This document shows positions 61,501 to 64,000 of a DNA stretch of 64,000 nt, in pieces. A program made the translations under genes and the position numbers. Source of the DNA: Raillietiella orientalis (lineage: Eukaryota). Position 1 is the first letter of the stretch; every line of letters begins with the position of its first letter. Below the pieces are notes generated by a model. The model saw only the letters and a program-made list of their open reading frames with translations, was not told the origin of the DNA and ran no database searches. The stretch covers positions 620,001-684,000 of the forward strand of contig JAYWIR010000023.1 in the NCBI GenBank assembly GCA_036172245.1. Direction: 5' to 3'.

Positions 61501-64000
61501 TTTGACGGCCTCAAATTCACAGGAAGCAAGTTCATTAAGTACACGAGAAACACGGAAATTCCCTAGAAGCAGGCTGTTCTCAGCATTCATTGGATTCAAA
61601 TGTGAAAAGAATTTCGTGAACTCGCCTAGGAAATTCAAATCTTTACGAAAGCCGATGCAATCCGGGATCGCAAGCTTTTGAGGACAGTTCAAAGGTGCAA
61701 AACCAACGAGAGTATTATTTTTTTTTCTTTTTTGCTAAAGTATGCCATCACAATGAAACTGTGGAAGAGTTATTTGTGCTGCGCAAGAACGCCGCAACAT
61801 AATTTTTAAAAGCATTTTTCAGTTTTTTCGAACCAACAAACGAGAATCGATTTTCTGGTTTTCTATGAGGAAGAGCGGTTAGAACTGTCCTCGACTCTAA
61901 AAAAAAAAAAAAGAGCATCCTTGTTCCGGAGATAAGGGATGAAAACGAAAAACTATAGATAATCGATTCAGCCAGGAATTTCCCAAAGAGAACCGGTTTC
62001 CAGAAGAATTGGCACACCTGTTGGCACCTGAGGTTTTCTTTTACTTGTCCTGGACTACATTGGCCGATTTCTCTGACTTATGAAGAACCTTGGTTTACCT
62101 TTTGCTTGAGAAACCAAAGAAAGGAGAATGTGAAGCTTACGAACATCAACTTCAAGAGAGAAAAAAAAAATGGTTGATACTGAAGATGTGAAAAACTTAT
62201 CGACTTTCAAACAATATAATGAGCGATCGGGAGAAGACAGCATAAGGAAATTAAAAGAGACTACAAGAAGGCTTTCAAAATAAAGGTAGAATATGGATTT
62301 CCGATAGAATATTCACCTTATCTCCTGCCGAACTGATTATGTTTGCTTAGCTTGAGGTAGGAATGGCGTCACGCTAGGTCCGACTCAACAATGATTGCAG
62401 TTCGTTACGTACCGGAAACACGAAATGTCTGCTGCAGAATTCCCTCCAGGATAACTACAAAGCACGAGATTTTGCTCAGATGAAAAAAATGGATTTTATT
62501 CCCTGCACGTCGCAGCATCCTAATTGCATTTGGGTACCTTAAATTGAATTGAAAAGAGAACAAAGAGCATTTTGAACTTGCTTTCAGAGAACAATTCGTT
62601 AACGACTTGCAATAGAAACAAGGAGGGAATGTCATAGTCGTTGCAAACACCAAACTCTATTCTTTCATGAAAAACGCATATGTTTGAAACCCATTTTTGG
62701 ATAGTTTTCATCAACTTTGAAACATGGACACCCATTCCATGAGCACTTTGAGACTCATGAGCAGACAGAGAAGACCTCGACATCGATCTCATCATAATGC
62801 TGCCAATCTGCCATTGCATACACCAATGCCTGCTGGACACCACCGTAGAATCAAAGGCGGTCTCCGGCCAGGTTCTCGTGCCTGGGCACATTCTGGCTAC
62901 CCTATGTCACCATCATACCAAGTATAATTGGCAACCAAAGGCAAATGCTTTTTTGCGTACCCGGTGCCCAGTCACTTTCTTTATACAATTCTGTGGAATG
63001 TTCTGCTTGCAAAGAAAGAATGGAACTCAAGAATGTCAGGAAAGCTGTGCCAATAGCGGAGTATAGTTCCCAGCCTGGAAACATGGCATTTCAAAGCTGT
63101 GCTGCCTCCATCTGCTCCTCACCAATAGTGCATTCGCCAACATCAAAGGGTTGTGCTTCTTCACCACACATATGAACGATCCTCTTTGATCCCCAGCCAC
63201 CAGCATACAAGAGCAGCGCCACAACACACAAAATTCTTGAATGATTTTATGTTTGTGTGTGTATACGTGGTGGTGTTAGGGGAAGCATTACTGAAATATT
63301 GCTACGATGTAGTCGTGAATGTTTCCGTTGTTCGCTCTATATTAAAGACACCACTACTTATATTTATGCATGATTCACTGAACTGAAGTTGAATATCAAA
63401 TGGAAATCTACAAACATGAAAAGGGAGTTAAATAGGGATACATAAGAATAAAACAAGTTGAAATGAGAAGTCCTAGTCTCCTGATAGCTTACTCATTTTC
63501 TATTTCCATTGAGACCATGACAATCATTCAGCTACTTATTCTGCTTCGATGGTAAGTACTTTTGACAGAGATTATGAACCGCAGCTTTATAGCTGTCCAT
63601 AAATTCCCTATATTTTATCTCGAAATTTTTGCAGCGCACATATTGCATCTATGAGGAGCAGAAATTTGTCCTTAAGGTAACAGAAAAAAAACCCACGAAA
63701 CCAACGACCTAAAATTTCACCAGCATAAAAAGGAAGCAGCAGATATAATGATGCTGCTGGAGACTGCGTGCTTGTAAATCACAAACACAAGTCGCCATCG
63801 TCAGTAACAAAATGTTTGCTTCCTTTGGTTTGCAACCTTACTTTCCATTAAAATTCTTTTTTGCTGAATCATGTGCCAAATAGCACCAAATTAATCTTTA
63901 TTTTTAATTGGCGGAGATCTTAATTAGCGTTCTAGACAAAGACAGATAACGTTAGTCATACGAATGCCATAATCCATAGCATTTGCTGAAATCTGAATTC

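Overview
Eukaryotic, most likely arthropod-like animal genomic DNA (the PRP8 N-terminus is Q/A-rich as in arthropods, and the introns are spliceosomal GT-AG). The central ~30 kb is a compact housekeeping cluster. It holds PRP8 (+, 22 coding exons), VPS29 (+) convergent with TBL2 (-), and MED27 (+) convergent with and predicted to overlap SNAPC4 (-). Most introns are tiny (40-55 nt). Main result: two of the few enlarged PRP8 introns appear to carry guide RNAs for spliceosomal snRNAs. One is a box C/D RNA with 14-nt complementarity to the U6 ISL (SNORD94/U94-like, predicted U6 Cm62). The other is a two-hairpin H/ACA(-sca)RNA whose pockets partly fit U2. Also present: a 5'-truncated, frameshifted RLE-type (NeSL/Utopia-like) non-LTR retrotransposon bracketed by a 123-bp direct repeat, a second decayed copy and an orphan ORF inside the big TBL2 intron, a 25-bp-arm hairpin upstream of MED27, and two GC-rich hairpin-dense islands of unknown nature. 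Regions 1.5-8.5 kb and 46-64 kb contain no recognisable genes. All homology calls come from recalled reference sequences, not database searches.
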